Source of the DNA: Nitrospirota bacterium
GTDB lineage: Bacteria > Nitrospirota > Thermodesulfovibrionia > Thermodesulfovibrionales > UBA9159
NCBI GenBank assembly: GCA_963699545.1
Contig: CAVOUE010000005.1
Coordinates: forward strand, 128,001-192,000
DNA length: 64,000 bases
Direction: 5' to 3'
Made by a program: the position numbers and the translations under genes. Below the pieces are notes generated by a model. The model worked only from the letters and a program-made list of their open reading frames with translations. It was not told the origin of the DNA and did no database searches. Positions within the stretch are counted from its first letter, which is position 1; each line of letters starts with the position of its first letter. Below are positions 19,811 to 29,708 of the stretch, in pieces.

Positions 19811-20407
19811 TCAGGCCCCCAACATAAAATATGTTCCGCTAACGGCGATCGCCAGTCCGGCCAGTCTCAGCAGTCTGGTCCCCTTCCGGCTGTGCACAGC
19901 CATATACCCCGTCACGGCCCCGAGGATATGCAACCCCGCTGTTGCAGCGCAAAATCCGAGAGCATACATGGCGGGTTCTGCAAGGCGAGGCATTTCGGTG
20001 CCGTGAGCATGGCCGTGGAAGAGGGCAAAGAATCCGACAAAGCCCATCGCAACGGAGACCGGTAGTTTCCTCGCTGCCGCAAGGGCGCTGCCGAGGGCCA
20101 GGACAGAGAAGGCTATCCACAATTCTACCATCGGCAGTGCAATGCCCTTCATGCCGAGGATGCCGCCCACAGACATGACCGTCACAAAAGTTGCCGGAAC
20201 GGTCCATATCGCCCTTCCCCCCATCTGTGCGCTGAGGAAACCCACGGTGACCATGGCAAGGAGGTGGTCAAAGCCGAAGACGGGATGATTCAATCCCGAA
20301 ACAAAACCGCTGTCGCCGGCATTTCCATGAGCTCCGGCAATTCCGGGGATCAACACCATAACCGTGGTACCCAGGAACATATGTATCATTCGTTTATCCC
20401 ATTTCAT
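19811..20407 (-). CDS. HupE/UreJ family Ni/Co transporter
   Basis: AGAHG..GLNHPVFGFDHLLAM..FHGHAHGTEMP. Confidence 0.92.
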   Translation of the reverse strand: MKWDKRMIHMFLGTTVMVLIPGIAGAHGNAGDSGFVSGLNHPVFGFDHLLAMVTVGFLSAQMGGRAIWTVPATFVTVMSVGGILGMKGIALPMVELWIAFSVLALGSALAAARKLPVSVAMGFVGFFALFHGHAHGTEMPRLAEPAMYALGFCAATAGLHILGAVTGYMAVHSRKGTRLLRLAGLAIAVSGTYFMLGA

Positions 20408-20466
20408 CGTCGGGGCCCCCTTTACGTAAGGTTAATGGAACATGTGTTCCCACGCTGTTTCTGTCC

Positions 20467-21738
20467 CTACACAGCCAATACCGCATGAGGGGCATTGGCT
20501 ATTTTTGACAACACGGATCCGAACTCTCCCTTCCTCAGGACGTGCTCTGTGAGTTCGCTCTTTATGGACGTAATATCTGCCCGGCTGCGTATGAAGCGAG
20601 TGAGGATGCCGGCGTAGTCTATTTGGCTCACAAGCACGGCTCCTACAAGCCTGTTTCCCTCAAATACGAGTTTTCTGTATACTTTTCCTTTTCGAAAGGC
20701 CTTTACTTCATGGCTTTCACTGGTTTGGTTCGTGATGCCCATTGTCATGACGGGAAGGCCGTAGACTTCAACGGAGTTCATTCCCATGCCGCCCGCGTAA
20801 GCGCGCTGACCACCAGCCATGTTGTAGCCCGCTACTCGCCCCTGTTCGTACGCAAGGGGCACGATGGCGATCACCGAATCTCTGTTGTTGAGTATATCCG
20901 AGGCTTCGGCCACATCTCCTGCCGCGTAAATATTGTTGATACTCGTCATCATCCACTTGTCAACAACTATGCCTCTGTTTACGCGGACGGGAGTGTTCTT
21001 CACAATATCCATATTGGGCCTGACCCCAATGGCGATAATAAGGATCTCGCACTCAAGTTTTTTGTTGTTATCGAGGATTATTCCGCAGACATTCCCCTTC
21101 CCATCGGATAGTATTTCCTTCGCGGTATGACCTGCGATCAATTTGATACCGTTGTCTCTGAGTTGTCTGTTCACTATCGCGCCCGAGACTTCATCGAGCG
21201 CCACTGCCAGAATCCTCGGCCCAAGTTCAACAATTGTCACCTCCAATCCCAGGTCATTGATTCCCTCGGCGGCTTTGAGACCTATGAGCCCTCCGCCGAT
21301 GACCACTGCCTTCTTCTTCCCATGGGCAACTTTTTTTATTTTCTTCGCATCGTCCCACTTGGTAAAACTGAAGACGTTGTGCGCTTCAAGACCCTTTATA
21401 GGGGGGATAAAAGGCTGGCCCCCCGTACCGATCAGAAGCCTGTCGTATACGAAGACCGTTCCGTCCTCAAGGGATATTTGCCGACGCGCGCTGCTGATGT
21501 TTACGACCTTTTTCCCCAAGATGAGCCTTACATTGTTCTTTTTATAGAAACCGGCCGACCGATAGTACATGTCCTTCGATGCGACGTGACCGCCCAGATT
21601 ATAGGAAATAAGGGGTCTCGCATAGGCGAGATACGGCTCGTCGGATATCATCGTGATATCACCTTCACGGTCACGTTCCCTGATTCCTTCTACAGCCCCC
21701 ACTCCCGCATATGAGTTACCGACGATCACGTACTTCAT
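20467..21738 (-). CDS. FAD-dependent NAD(P)H oxidoreductase (NirB-N/rubredoxin-reductase-like)
   Basis: YVIVGNSYAG, YARPLIS, VVIGGGLIG, IYAAGDVAE. ATG 21738 overlaps the upstream stop. Confidence 0.9.
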   Translation of the reverse strand: MKYVIVGNSYAGVGAVEGIRERDREGDITMISDEPYLAYARPLISYNLGGHVASKDMYYRSAGFYKKNNVRLILGKKVVNISSARRQISLEDGTVFVYDRLLIGTGGQPFIPPIKGLEAHNVFSFTKWDDAKKIKKVAHGKKKAVVIGGGLIGLKAAEGINDLGLEVTIVELGPRILAVALDEVSGAIVNRQLRDNGIKLIAGHTAKEILSDGKGNVCGIILDNNKKLECEILIIAIGVRPNMDIVKNTPVRVNRGIVVDKWMMTSINNIYAAGDVAEASDILNNRDSVIAIVPLAYEQGRVAGYNMAGGQRAYAGGMGMNSVEVYGLPVMTMGITNQTSESHEVKAFRKGKVYRKLVFEGNRLVGAVLVSQIDYAGILTRFIRSRADITSIKSELTEHVLRKGEFGSVLSKIANAPHAVLAV

Positions 21739-22238
21739 TTTACCGGCGTATCCTCCCTTTCTCCTGTCAAAAACCTTGCTGCCGCCTTTTTCCTCACCGC
21801 ACTCGAAAGGTCGTGAACATCGCTGTGGCCAAGGATTCCCCTCTCGCATGCGGCCACACAGGCCGGGACCTCCCTATCGGGGCATCCCTCGCATTTCAGG
21901 GCAATGTGCTCGCCCTCCACCCTTTCAATCGCGCCGAAAGGACAATTCATGATGCACATCCAGCACCCGATGCAGCGGCTGTAATCAGTGACAACCCGTC
22001 CCTTTCCATTCCTGTGCCTGCTGCCCGACATGCAGGCGGTGGCGCAGGGGGCGTCTTCGCAGTTCCGGCAGATGACCGGGACATACGCGTTCCCGTTCCT
22101 GAGGAGCTTTATGCCGGCGATCTTTTTCATGCCCCTGCCTTGTTTCTTCGGGGCCGCCCTAAGGCATGCCTCAATGCATTTCCCGCATCCGTCGCAAACC
22201 CCGGGGCCAAGGGTCACCTTTCCCGTCTTTCTCGGCAT
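21735..22238 (-). CDS. CooF/HycB-like 4x[4Fe-4S] ferredoxin
   Basis: CDGCGKCIEAC, CRNCEDAPCATAC, CIGCWMCIMNCP, CEGC..PACVAAC. Confidence 0.88.
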   Translation of the reverse strand: MPRKTGKVTLGPGVCDGCGKCIEACLRAAPKKQGRGMKKIAGIKLLRNGNAYVPVICRNCEDAPCATACMSGSRHRNGKGRVVTDYSRCIGCWMCIMNCPFGAIERVEGEHIALKCEGCPDREVPACVAACERGILGHSDVHDLSSAVRKKAAARFLTGEREDTPVK

Positions 22239-22586
22239 TTATTTCAATGACTCCAGATACGTTGCAAGGTCCAGAAACATCTTCTCTGTCAGCTTATCGA
22301 ACTTCGGCATATTCTCCGGATGTTTCAGATGGGTGGCTGAGGGATCGGCGAGGTTCTTTATCTGCCATTCGATCCCCCTCTTCCTGGCGCTTTCATTTGT
22401 CAGGTCAGGGCCGGTGTTCCCGCCTTCGTTGCCGATCTTGTGGCAGTAATAACACCTCATTTTGTTATACAGGAGCTTCCCGTTCTCGGGAGAACCCGTC
22501 TTTTCTTTCGTTGCCGCCCATGCCTCTGCCCCCCAGAGAACTGTCACCGAAACCGCGACCATAACCAGAAACTTAAGGGTGTTCAT
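22239..22586 (-). CDS. Periplasmic monoheme cytochrome c
   Basis: Signal peptide (AEAWA), CYYCH, GPDLT, distal MP; RBS GAGGAGG. Confidence 0.88.
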   Translation of the reverse strand: MNTLKFLVMVAVSVTVLWGAEAWAATKEKTGSPENGKLLYNKMRCYYCHKIGNEGGNTGPDLTNESARKRGIEWQIKNLADPSATHLKHPENMPKFDKLTEKMFLDLATYLESLK

Positions 22587-22627
22587 TGCTTCCTCCTCTT
22601 TTGTGGTATATTTTTTTGAGGCCTGCG

Positions 22628-23392
22628 TTATTTTTTCTTTTTGCCCCAGGGGCAGACCGACATGCAGACGCCGCATATGGGATAGCCGACCCCCGATATG
22701 TTCTTGAATTTCAGCCAGAGCGTATCCCGGCACCTGGGGAAATCGAGCACCTCTTCCCTGGGAGGCGGAATGCCGTCAAAACTCAACCCTCTGATGGCCT
22801 TTGCAGGACATGCCTTTACGCACTCCTCACATGTCCCACACCTGCTCTTCATAGGCGTGTCCGGGGTGAGCGGCATGTTGGTGATGACCGAGGCATGCCT
22901 GAATCTCGGTCCCATTTCCGGGTTCACAATGAGCAGGCTCTTCCCGAACCATCCCAGTCCCGCAGCTCTCGCCACCGCCTTGCTCGGCAGGGTTGAGGAA
23001 GTGAGAGGTCCCCAATCCAGTTCCTTCGCCGCCTTCGTATCCAATTTTTCAGCGATGCTTGCGGCTTCAGAGGCAGGCACCGGTATGGCGTCATATCCAG
23101 CATGAATTATTTCACGCGCCAGATCGAAGGTAATAAGGTCAAGCAGGGTGTTTGCCATTCTATGGACATGGGCATAGGACGGTGTGGGCCTGTCCTCTAT
23201 GCGGTCCAACACACTGTCGTTGAGGCGCACTCCCACGCTTACGGCCATGGTAAAGCCCTCAAGAAGGTTCGCGGGCTTCGTGGGTATCCCCCTGAGGAGG
23301 CCCAGATCCGCGATCCCGATGATGTCCGCTCCCTTTTCAACGGCGCTTTTTTTTATCCTTAGCGTTGCCTGTATTCCGCGTATCAGGTCCAA
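22628..23392 (-). CDS. QueG/reductive-dehalogenase-like 2x[4Fe-4S] protein (putative cobalamin-binding)
   Basis: GADIIGIADL..KAVARAAGLGWFGKSLLIVNPEMGPRFR..CGTCEECVKACP..CGVCMSVCPWG. Confidence 0.82.
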   Translation of the reverse strand: MDLIRGIQATLRIKKSAVEKGADIIGIADLGLLRGIPTKPANLLEGFTMAVSVGVRLNDSVLDRIEDRPTPSYAHVHRMANTLLDLITFDLAREIIHAGYDAIPVPASEAASIAEKLDTKAAKELDWGPLTSSTLPSKAVARAAGLGWFGKSLLIVNPEMGPRFRHASVITNMPLTPDTPMKSRCGTCEECVKACPAKAIRGLSFDGIPPPREEVLDFPRCRDTLWLKFKNISGVGYPICGVCMSVCPWGKKKK

Positions 23393-23395
23393 TAT

Positions 23396-24326
23396 TCACT
23401 CCATATTAGGACGAAGTTGGCAGGTAACGGCATGAGCAAGAAGTTCTTCGTCATGGGCTTGTTTTATCCGTCCCATCTCCCGGTAAACCCCGGACAGGAG
23501 GAGATGGACTTCGGGATAATCCGGTCTGAGACGAATGGCTTTCCTGTAATATCTGGCCGCCCCGTATTTCCTTCCCATTTCGGAATAGAGGGTCCCGAGG
23601 TTGATATAATTTTCGGCATCTCCCGGTCTCAGCCGTGCTACTTTCTTCAGGATGCGCTCCGCTTCCTTCAGGCGGCCTGACTTCCTGTAGAGCCTGCCGA
23701 GGTTGTTCAGCGCCGGCAGATAATCAGGCCTGAGCGTGACCGCCCTGCGAAAGTTCTCTTCGGCCTGCACCACGTTCTCCTTTGAACTCAAAGAGCTGCC
23801 CGAGGTTGTTGTAGATCTCGGGCTGCTTATGCATCTTTCTGAGAAGGTCCTGATACAGAGGGATCGCCTCTTCGGCCCGCCCGACGGAGGAGAAGGCAAA
23901 GGCCAGGTGATAGAGATACCGGGGATTAGCGCGGTCCAGCCGCACCGCCTCTTTCCACAGCCCGGCAGCCCGCTCCAGGTCCAGCTTCTTATAAAAGACC
24001 AGGGCCAGGTTGTGGCGGAGCGGCGCGGAACCAGGGTTTGTTCTTATGGCTTCAGAGAAAAGCCTTTCCGCCTCGCCGTAATCTCCGCGTCCCAGGGCCT
24101 TTATCCCGTCTTTGTTCAGGGCGGTCGAAAGTCCCCCCGGGGAGGAAAGGGAAACAGGTTCCAGCGGGAAAAGGAAAGGCCTCGCTCCGCCGTACATCTT
24201 CTTCCAGTAAGCCTGGTCCCGTGCCGTCCAGTCATTGCATGCATGGACGTCAAAGGCATGCAGAGAGAATGTGAGGAGCAGCGCGACCAGCGCCAGGGTT
24301 GTCATCGTGTTCATTTTGCACCTCAT
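23396..24326 (-). CDS. Exported TPR repeat protein (one frameshift near 23780)
   Basis: ORFs 23724-24326 and 23396-23899 join into continuous TPRs (YNNLGQLFEFK / NVVQAEENFRRAV); N-terminal signal peptide. Confidence 0.75.
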
Positions 24327-24330
24327 CGCG

Positions 24331-24792
24331 TCATTTCACCTCGAAGTAGCTGTAGAGCCTTTCGAGGGCAGCCCCGAAGAGGATCTTCGCCAATCTGCCC
24401 TTCTGTTCCCTGGCCATGGCCACCGCCCTGTAGCTGCCTTTCTTCAGTCTGCCCCTGTCTGTCGCCTTCTCCTGCATCACGGCCTTCTTAAGGTCGAATA
24501 CAAAGTCCAGCCACTCATCGGGCTTGAGAAGGACCGTGCTGCACTTCTCCTCGGAGACCGCGGTGTAGGTGCCTCCGGAGAGCCCTTCTACCCAGAAGCA
24601 GACCTTCAGCTCCTTCATCTCCGCGCTCCTGTTGGCGTGAGCGCCGTTATGGATCCTGAGATAGAAGGTTTCCTTCGAGTCATCGGCCCAGAATCTCGGC
24701 TCCATGTTCCAATGTGCCAGGGCCGGAGCCGAGTGGAACAAGACTCCGAGGAGCGCGGCAACACACAGCCCTGTGACATACGGGTAACGCAT
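24331..24792 (-). CDS. Exported hypothetical protein
   Basis: Signal peptide ending APALA-HW; tightly packed in the operon. Confidence 0.65.
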   Translation of the reverse strand: MRYPYVTGLCVAALLGVLFHSAPALAHWNMEPRFWADDSKETFYLRIHNGAHANRSAEMKELKVCFWVEGLSGGTYTAVSEEKCSTVLLKPDEWLDFVFDLKKAVMQEKATDRGRLKKGSYRAVAMAREQKGRLAKILFGAALERLYSYFEVK

Positions 24793-24793
24793 A

Positions 24794-25702
24794 TCAGTGT
24801 CTTATGAGATCAGCGAGATGAGTCCTGTATTCGATGAATTCAGGACTTGTCCTCTCCCTCGGATGCGGCAGGTTTATGTTTACCACTTCCCTGATCTGGC
24901 CGGGTCTTGCGCTGAAGACAATGACTCTGTTGGCCAGATAGGCAGCCTCCTCGATATCATGGGTGACAAAAACTATGGTCTGCTCTATGCTCTGCCATAT
25001 CCTTATGAGATGGTCCTGGAGGTTGTTCCTTGTCTGGGCATCCAGCGCGCCGAAGGGCTCGTCCATCAGGAGAACTTCGGGATGGTTCACGATCGCCCTG
25101 CCCACGGCGACCCTCTGGAGCATTCCCCCCGAAAGCGTCCTCGGGTATGACTTCTCGAAGCCGGTGAGCTGAATGAGATCTATCGTCTTCGTCACCTGTT
25201 TCTTCCTCTCCTCACTTTCCACTCCCTGAAGTCTTGGACCGAGGCTTATATTGCTTTCGACCGTGAGCCATGGGAAGACCGCCCGCTCGCTCTGGAACAC
25301 CATGGCCCTCTGGGGGTGCGGGCCATCTATGCACACGCCTTTGCACTTTGCCACGCCGTTGGAGGGAGATTCAAAGCCCGCCAGTATCCTCAGAAGGGTG
25401 CTCTTCCCGCAGCCGCTCGGGCCGAGGAACGCGACGAATTCCCCGTGGTCGATGTTCAGGGTCACGTCCTTGAGCGCCACCAGCTCACAGGGTTTCTTTC
25501 TTGAAAAGAAGCGTTTCTTTTCGGTGATCACCGTCTCCCCGTGGGTCGTGTAAACATAGAAGGATTTGGAGACGTTCTCTATCTCCATGACGTGCCGTCC
25601 GTTGTGGATGGTCTTGCTCCGGGGACCGGAAATCCGCTCGATATTTTTCTTCATCATTGCTACCTCCCTGTTCTCTTCAATAGACGTTTCCATCATTGCC
25701 AC
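24794..25702 (-). CDS. NitT/TauT-type ABC transporter ATP-binding protein
   Basis: GPSGCGKST, LSGGMLQR, LLMDEPFGALDAQTR, VTHDIEEA. Confidence 0.95.
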   Translation of the reverse strand: MAMMETSIEENREVAMMKKNIERISGPRSKTIHNGRHVMEIENVSKSFYVYTTHGETVITEKKRFFSRKKPCELVALKDVTLNIDHGEFVAFLGPSGCGKSTLLRILAGFESPSNGVAKCKGVCIDGPHPQRAMVFQSERAVFPWLTVESNISLGPRLQGVESEERKKQVTKTIDLIQLTGFEKSYPRTLSGGMLQRVAVGRAIVNHPEVLLMDEPFGALDAQTRNNLQDHLIRIWQSIEQTIVFVTHDIEEAAYLANRVIVFSARPGQIREVVNINLPHPRERTSPEFIEYRTHLADLIRH

Positions 25703-26691
25703 CTCACAATCGCCTGTTCTGTTTTCCGTAAAATAGTGTCGAAGAGTATCCCGAGCATGCAGATCACCACCATCCCCCCCAGGACCGTCGGAGTATCAAG
25801 GAGGTTCCTCGCGTCTTCGATCATCCATCCAAGCCCGGCATCCACCGCTACCAGCTCTGCGGTTACAAGGCATACCCAGCCAATGCCGAAGCCGATCCTT
25901 ATCCCGGTAAAGATGGTGGGGAACGCCGACGGCAGCATCACCCTTCCGTAGACGTCCATCCTCTTTCCGCCGAGGGTAAGTATCGATTCGACATGTATCT
26001 GCTGTGTATTCCTGATGCCGCGAATTGTATTCAGGAGGATCGGGAAGAAAGATCCAAGCCAGATTATGTATATCGCCGGCGGGTTACCGATCCCGAACCA
26101 CAGGATCGCAAAGGGCAGCCACGCCGGAGGAGGTATCACTCTGATAAGATTCAGAAGGGGATCAATATAGTCTGAAATCCTGCGGAAATTGGCGATGAGG
26201 AACCCGAGCGGTATCCCGGTGAGAATGGCAAGGAAAAAGGCGATGAAGAGCCGCTGTAGCGATGCTATGATATGTATCTGCAGATAGTGCTTTGCCCAGT
26301 GGCCCTCCAGCTTTGCTATCACCGTCGTGGGCGGAGGGAGAAGGACCGACCTGACAAAATGTGTATATACGATCATCTCCCAGCAAATCAGGACAACCCC
26401 AACCGAAGTCAATGCGCGGACAAGAACGATCGGAATCACTTTCGGAAACCTGGACTTCAGAAGATGGAGAATAGCTATCGCGATCGCCACTCCGATCGCG
26501 AAGTGGAGTGGGTTGTAGACCTCCCCTACCTTGAACTCCTTCTCCATAGGCCTGTTCCAGGTGTCAACAGGCCCTCCTTTCTGGTCGTACACCTGTTCTG
26601 CCCCATAGGTCACTGCGACCTGCACCACCAGGAACCCCAGGGCCAAGGCCATGACCACGGCCAGTACACATATCTTTTTCCTGAACTCCAT
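25693..26691 (-). CDS. NitT/TauT-type ABC permease (third)
   Basis: LLPPP..IRVIPPPAWLP..FFPILLNT..LVTAEL..GLGWMI; extra N-terminal TM region. Confidence 0.92.
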   Translation of the reverse strand: MEFRKKICVLAVVMALALGFLVVQVAVTYGAEQVYDQKGGPVDTWNRPMEKEFKVGEVYNPLHFAIGVAIAIAILHLLKSRFPKVIPIVLVRALTSVGVVLICWEMIVYTHFVRSVLLPPPTTVIAKLEGHWAKHYLQIHIIASLQRLFIAFFLAILTGIPLGFLIANFRRISDYIDPLLNLIRVIPPPAWLPFAILWFGIGNPPAIYIIWLGSFFPILLNTIRGIRNTQQIHVESILTLGGKRMDVYGRVMLPSAFPTIFTGIRIGFGIGWVCLVTAELVAVDAGLGWMIEDARNLLDTPTVLGGMVVICMLGILFDTILRKTEQAIVRWQ

Positions 26692-26696
26692 TAATG

Positions 26697-27643
26697 TTAC
26701 CTCCCCTCGTTACAGAGTATTTTTTTGTTTATTTTTGTGATGTCCGACTCAACCTGAAGAAAAACACCTCCTCTTCTAAGGATGAAAAACCTTTCGATCT
26801 TCTTTAGGAAAATATCCATGGTAAGCCCCAGGGCACATACCGTCGTCATTCCTACAAACACCGTGGGCGTTTCGAGCCGGTTCCTCGCGCCTTCGATCAT
26901 AAAACCGAGTCCGCTGTCCGCAGCAACGATCTCCGCACTCACCAGGACAAGCCAGCCGATGCCGAAGCCGATCCTTATACCGGTGAGAATAGTGGGCAGA
27001 GCGGAAGGGATGATCACATGCCTTAAGACATCCATGCTGTTCCCTCCCAGCGTCTGTATCACCTCAATGTGAAGTTTTTCCGCCTCCCTCACGCCCTGCA
27101 CGGTGTTCAGAAGGATGGGGAAGAAAGATCCGAGGGCTATCACAAAAACAGCAGGACCCTCCCCGATCCCGAGCAGGATGATGGCGAAGGGCAAGATGGC
27201 AGGAGCAGGGACCATCCTCATAAAATTCAAGGGAGGGGCCAACCAGTCATATGCCTTTTTGAAAAGACCGAGCATAATACCAACGGGAACAGCAATGACA
27301 AGGGCAAGAGAAAACCCCGCCAGAAACCTGCTCATGGTAGCGATGATGTTTGCCTGCAAATACCCTTTCTTCAGGAAATAGACTGTCTTTGTGATGATGA
27401 CCGACGGAGGCGCGAGGAGCATGCTCCTGAAGATCCCGAGGTAGAGGGTCCCCTCCCAGAGAAGGAGGAAGAGCGACCACACCACGAAGGTCCCGTAAAG
27501 CTCCCTGGAGATTGCATGTTCCGCATAATATCGGGAAAGCGTTGCCAGCAGCAGCACCGCCGAAACAGCAGCTATAAAGAAGAGTGGATGAATCGTACAC
27601 CTCCCTGAAATACTCCCTGTCTGTTCCAGTTCCAGTAATTCAT
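26697..27643 (-). CDS. NitT/TauT-type ABC permease (second; probable frameshift near 27595)
   Basis: MRMVPAPAILP..FFPILLNT..LVSAEI..GLGFMI. Likely start is the ATG overlapping the upstream stop (MNYWNWNRQ..); the track gives 27665. Confidence 0.88.
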
Positions 27644-28513
27644 GACCATCCCTGCACAAGTCCATCGAACTTTTTCAGGATGAGATCGGTTATTGTCCCG
27701 AGCATGCCCACCACGATTATGCCGCTCAGGACCGTAGTCGTATCGAGAAGGATTCTCGAGTCCTGGATCATCCATCCCAGTCCGGCTCCGATATCCACGG
27801 AGGCCAGTTCGGCAGTGATCACCGTTATCCACCCGATTCCAAGCCCTATCCTCGCCCCTGTCAATATGTGGTGATAGGCTACCGGCAGGATTACCTCCAT
27901 AAGCACGTCAAACTTGTCTCCTCCAAAAGTCAAAACCGTTTCTACCTGAACCGGTTCGGCCTTGTTCACCCCATTCACCGTATTCATAAAGATGGGGAAA
28001 AAAACCCCGAGCCATATGATGAATATCGCAGAGGCATAACCGATACCGAACCACAATATCGCAAGAGAGAGCCACGCAGGCGCCGGAATCATACGGACCG
28101 CATTGATCAGGGACTCAATGGGTGAAAAACGTTTCGAAAAATAGCTCACTAAAATGCCGAGCGTGACTGCACTGAGAAGGGCCAGAACAAATGCATATGC
28201 CAGCCTGAAAAGCGTTGAACCTATCTGGGGCTGGAGGAACCCTATCGACCAGAGATATACGATATTCGAAAAAAACTTTGTGGGTGGCGGCAAAAGCACG
28301 GGACTCAGGAGCTTTAGTAACGACAACATTTCCCAGACAAAGAGGAGAACCGCTTGCCACGATGAAGCCCTTCAGCAAAGAGGAGGAGACCAACCCGGGA
28401 AAGAGGCGTCGTGCGACAGCAAGGACTACACATAAGAAGAGTAATATGAGGATGAAGAACGGTGAAGCGATGATATCTCCGCTTTCCATTTCTGGAAAAA
28501 TATTGCCATGCAT
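27640..28513 (-). CDS. NitT/TauT-type ABC permease (first; frameshift near 28355)
   Basis: N-terminal TM part from ATG 28513 joins VLLFVWEMLSLL..VRMIPAPAWLS..FFPIFMNT..AGLGWMI. Confidence 0.85.
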
Positions 28514-28562
28514 CAGGGTGCCCCTTTTATAAGGTATATATTTTATTAATTACGAATATCAA

Positions 28563-28592
28563 GGAAGGATCCCCAGCCCGGGGACCCCTCCC
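28563..28592 (-). terminator. GC-rich stem-loop after the binding-protein gene (attenuator or mRNA stabiliser)
   Basis: Minus strand GGAGGGGTCCCC-GGGCT-GGGGATCCTTCC about 10 nt after the stop. Confidence 0.5.
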
Positions 28593-28601
28593 TGACACAT
28601 C

Positions 28602-29633
28602 CTACAGTCCCAGCTCCGGCAGAGATGAAAGCCCCATCTCTTTCAGCGCCAATTTCTGGAATCTGTCGTTCAGACCGTCTTTCTGGAACACTGCCTTCTC
28701 GATTATCCCGAGGGCCTTCGTCGCCTCGGCAAACTTCTGCGACCCTTCAGGGTCGAGGCTGAGGTTGAGCCTCTGCCGTTTTTCTCTGAAGACCGTTGCG
28801 ATCTCCTTTTCATCGATGCCGCACCATTTTGCATTCGCCCTGACGTTGTCATCAAAGTTCTTCGCGATATGCATGTAGCCCTTTATGTGGGCCTTCATGA
28901 CCTTCGTCGCAACCTCCACGTTCTTGTTCGCCCAGTCTGTGCCGAACGCCATCCGGCAGCATACGTGTCTCGGCCAAATATCCTTCGAAAAGATCGCCGG
29001 CCTGCCGTATTTTGTCGCCTCTGCATGGGTCGCCCAAGGCTCCCAGAGTATCGCGCAATCAAGGTCACCCTTTTCGAGCCCCGTGAGGATGTCCTGGTTG
29101 TGGGTGAAGTTTCTCACTGTGGCGTCCTTGAAGGGATCTATGCCTGCCTCCAACATCTTGTACCGCACAACGATATCAGCGGTCGCGGCCCTGATCGTGC
29201 CTATCTTTTTACCGCGCAGGTCCTTCACTGTCTTGATGTCCGAAGGCCGGTTCATCGGCACCACCACTGCCGAAGACTCCATGGCAGAACCCGAAACTAT
29301 GTTCATGGGCACGTCCCTGGTTACCATGCCTATGGACGGGCTTGAGCCCAGATATGCGACCTGAATCGCTCCGGTAATACAGGCAGAACCGATCTCCCCG
29401 GACCCCTGGAAGAGAACCGGCTTGACGTCGAGTCCTTCATCCTTGTAAAAGCCCTGTTCAAGGGCCACAAAGAGGGGGGCATGATGCGTCGCCTTCAGAT
29501 ATCCGATCTTGATCTCTTCCTTGGCCAGGGATTTCTTGACAAAAGGCCCAATAAATGACCCGCCCAGGACAAATGCCCCAGTGGCCACCATTGAGGCTTT
29601 CACAAAATCCCGTCTGTTCAGCTTTTTGTCCAT
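28602..29633 (-). CDS. NitT/TauT (SsuA/NrtA-like) ABC substrate-binding protein with Tat signal
   Basis: LNRRDFVK twin-arginine motif, IKIGYL..LFVALEQGFYKDEGLDV, DLRGKKIG, WEPW, WPRHVCC. Confidence 0.9.
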   Translation of the reverse strand: MDKKLNRRDFVKASMVATGAFVLGGSFIGPFVKKSLAKEEIKIGYLKATHHAPLFVALEQGFYKDEGLDVKPVLFQGSGEIGSACITGAIQVAYLGSSPSIGMVTRDVPMNIVSGSAMESSAVVVPMNRPSDIKTVKDLRGKKIGTIRAATADIVVRYKMLEAGIDPFKDATVRNFTHNQDILTGLEKGDLDCAILWEPWATHAEATKYGRPAIFSKDIWPRHVCCRMAFGTDWANKNVEVATKVMKAHIKGYMHIAKNFDDNVRANAKWCGIDEKEIATVFREKRQRLNLSLDPEGSQKFAEATKALGIIEKAVFQKDGLNDRFQKLALKEMGLSSLPELGL

Positions 29634-29708
29634 TCTTCCTCCTTCTTCCTTTTTGAGAGTAAGAGTTGGACGTCTTAATCCGTCCAATGCGCCTCTTTAC
29701 TCATACTC

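Noticed and set aside
19811-22238. CODH or hydrogenase cluster suggested by CooF-like, flavoprotein and HupE genes
   Set aside because: No CooS, CooC, NiFe large subunit or hyp genes in the window.
22628-23392. Respiratory reductive dehalogenase
   Set aside because: Only 254 aa, with no Tat leader and no RdhB anchor; fits the short QueG-like group.
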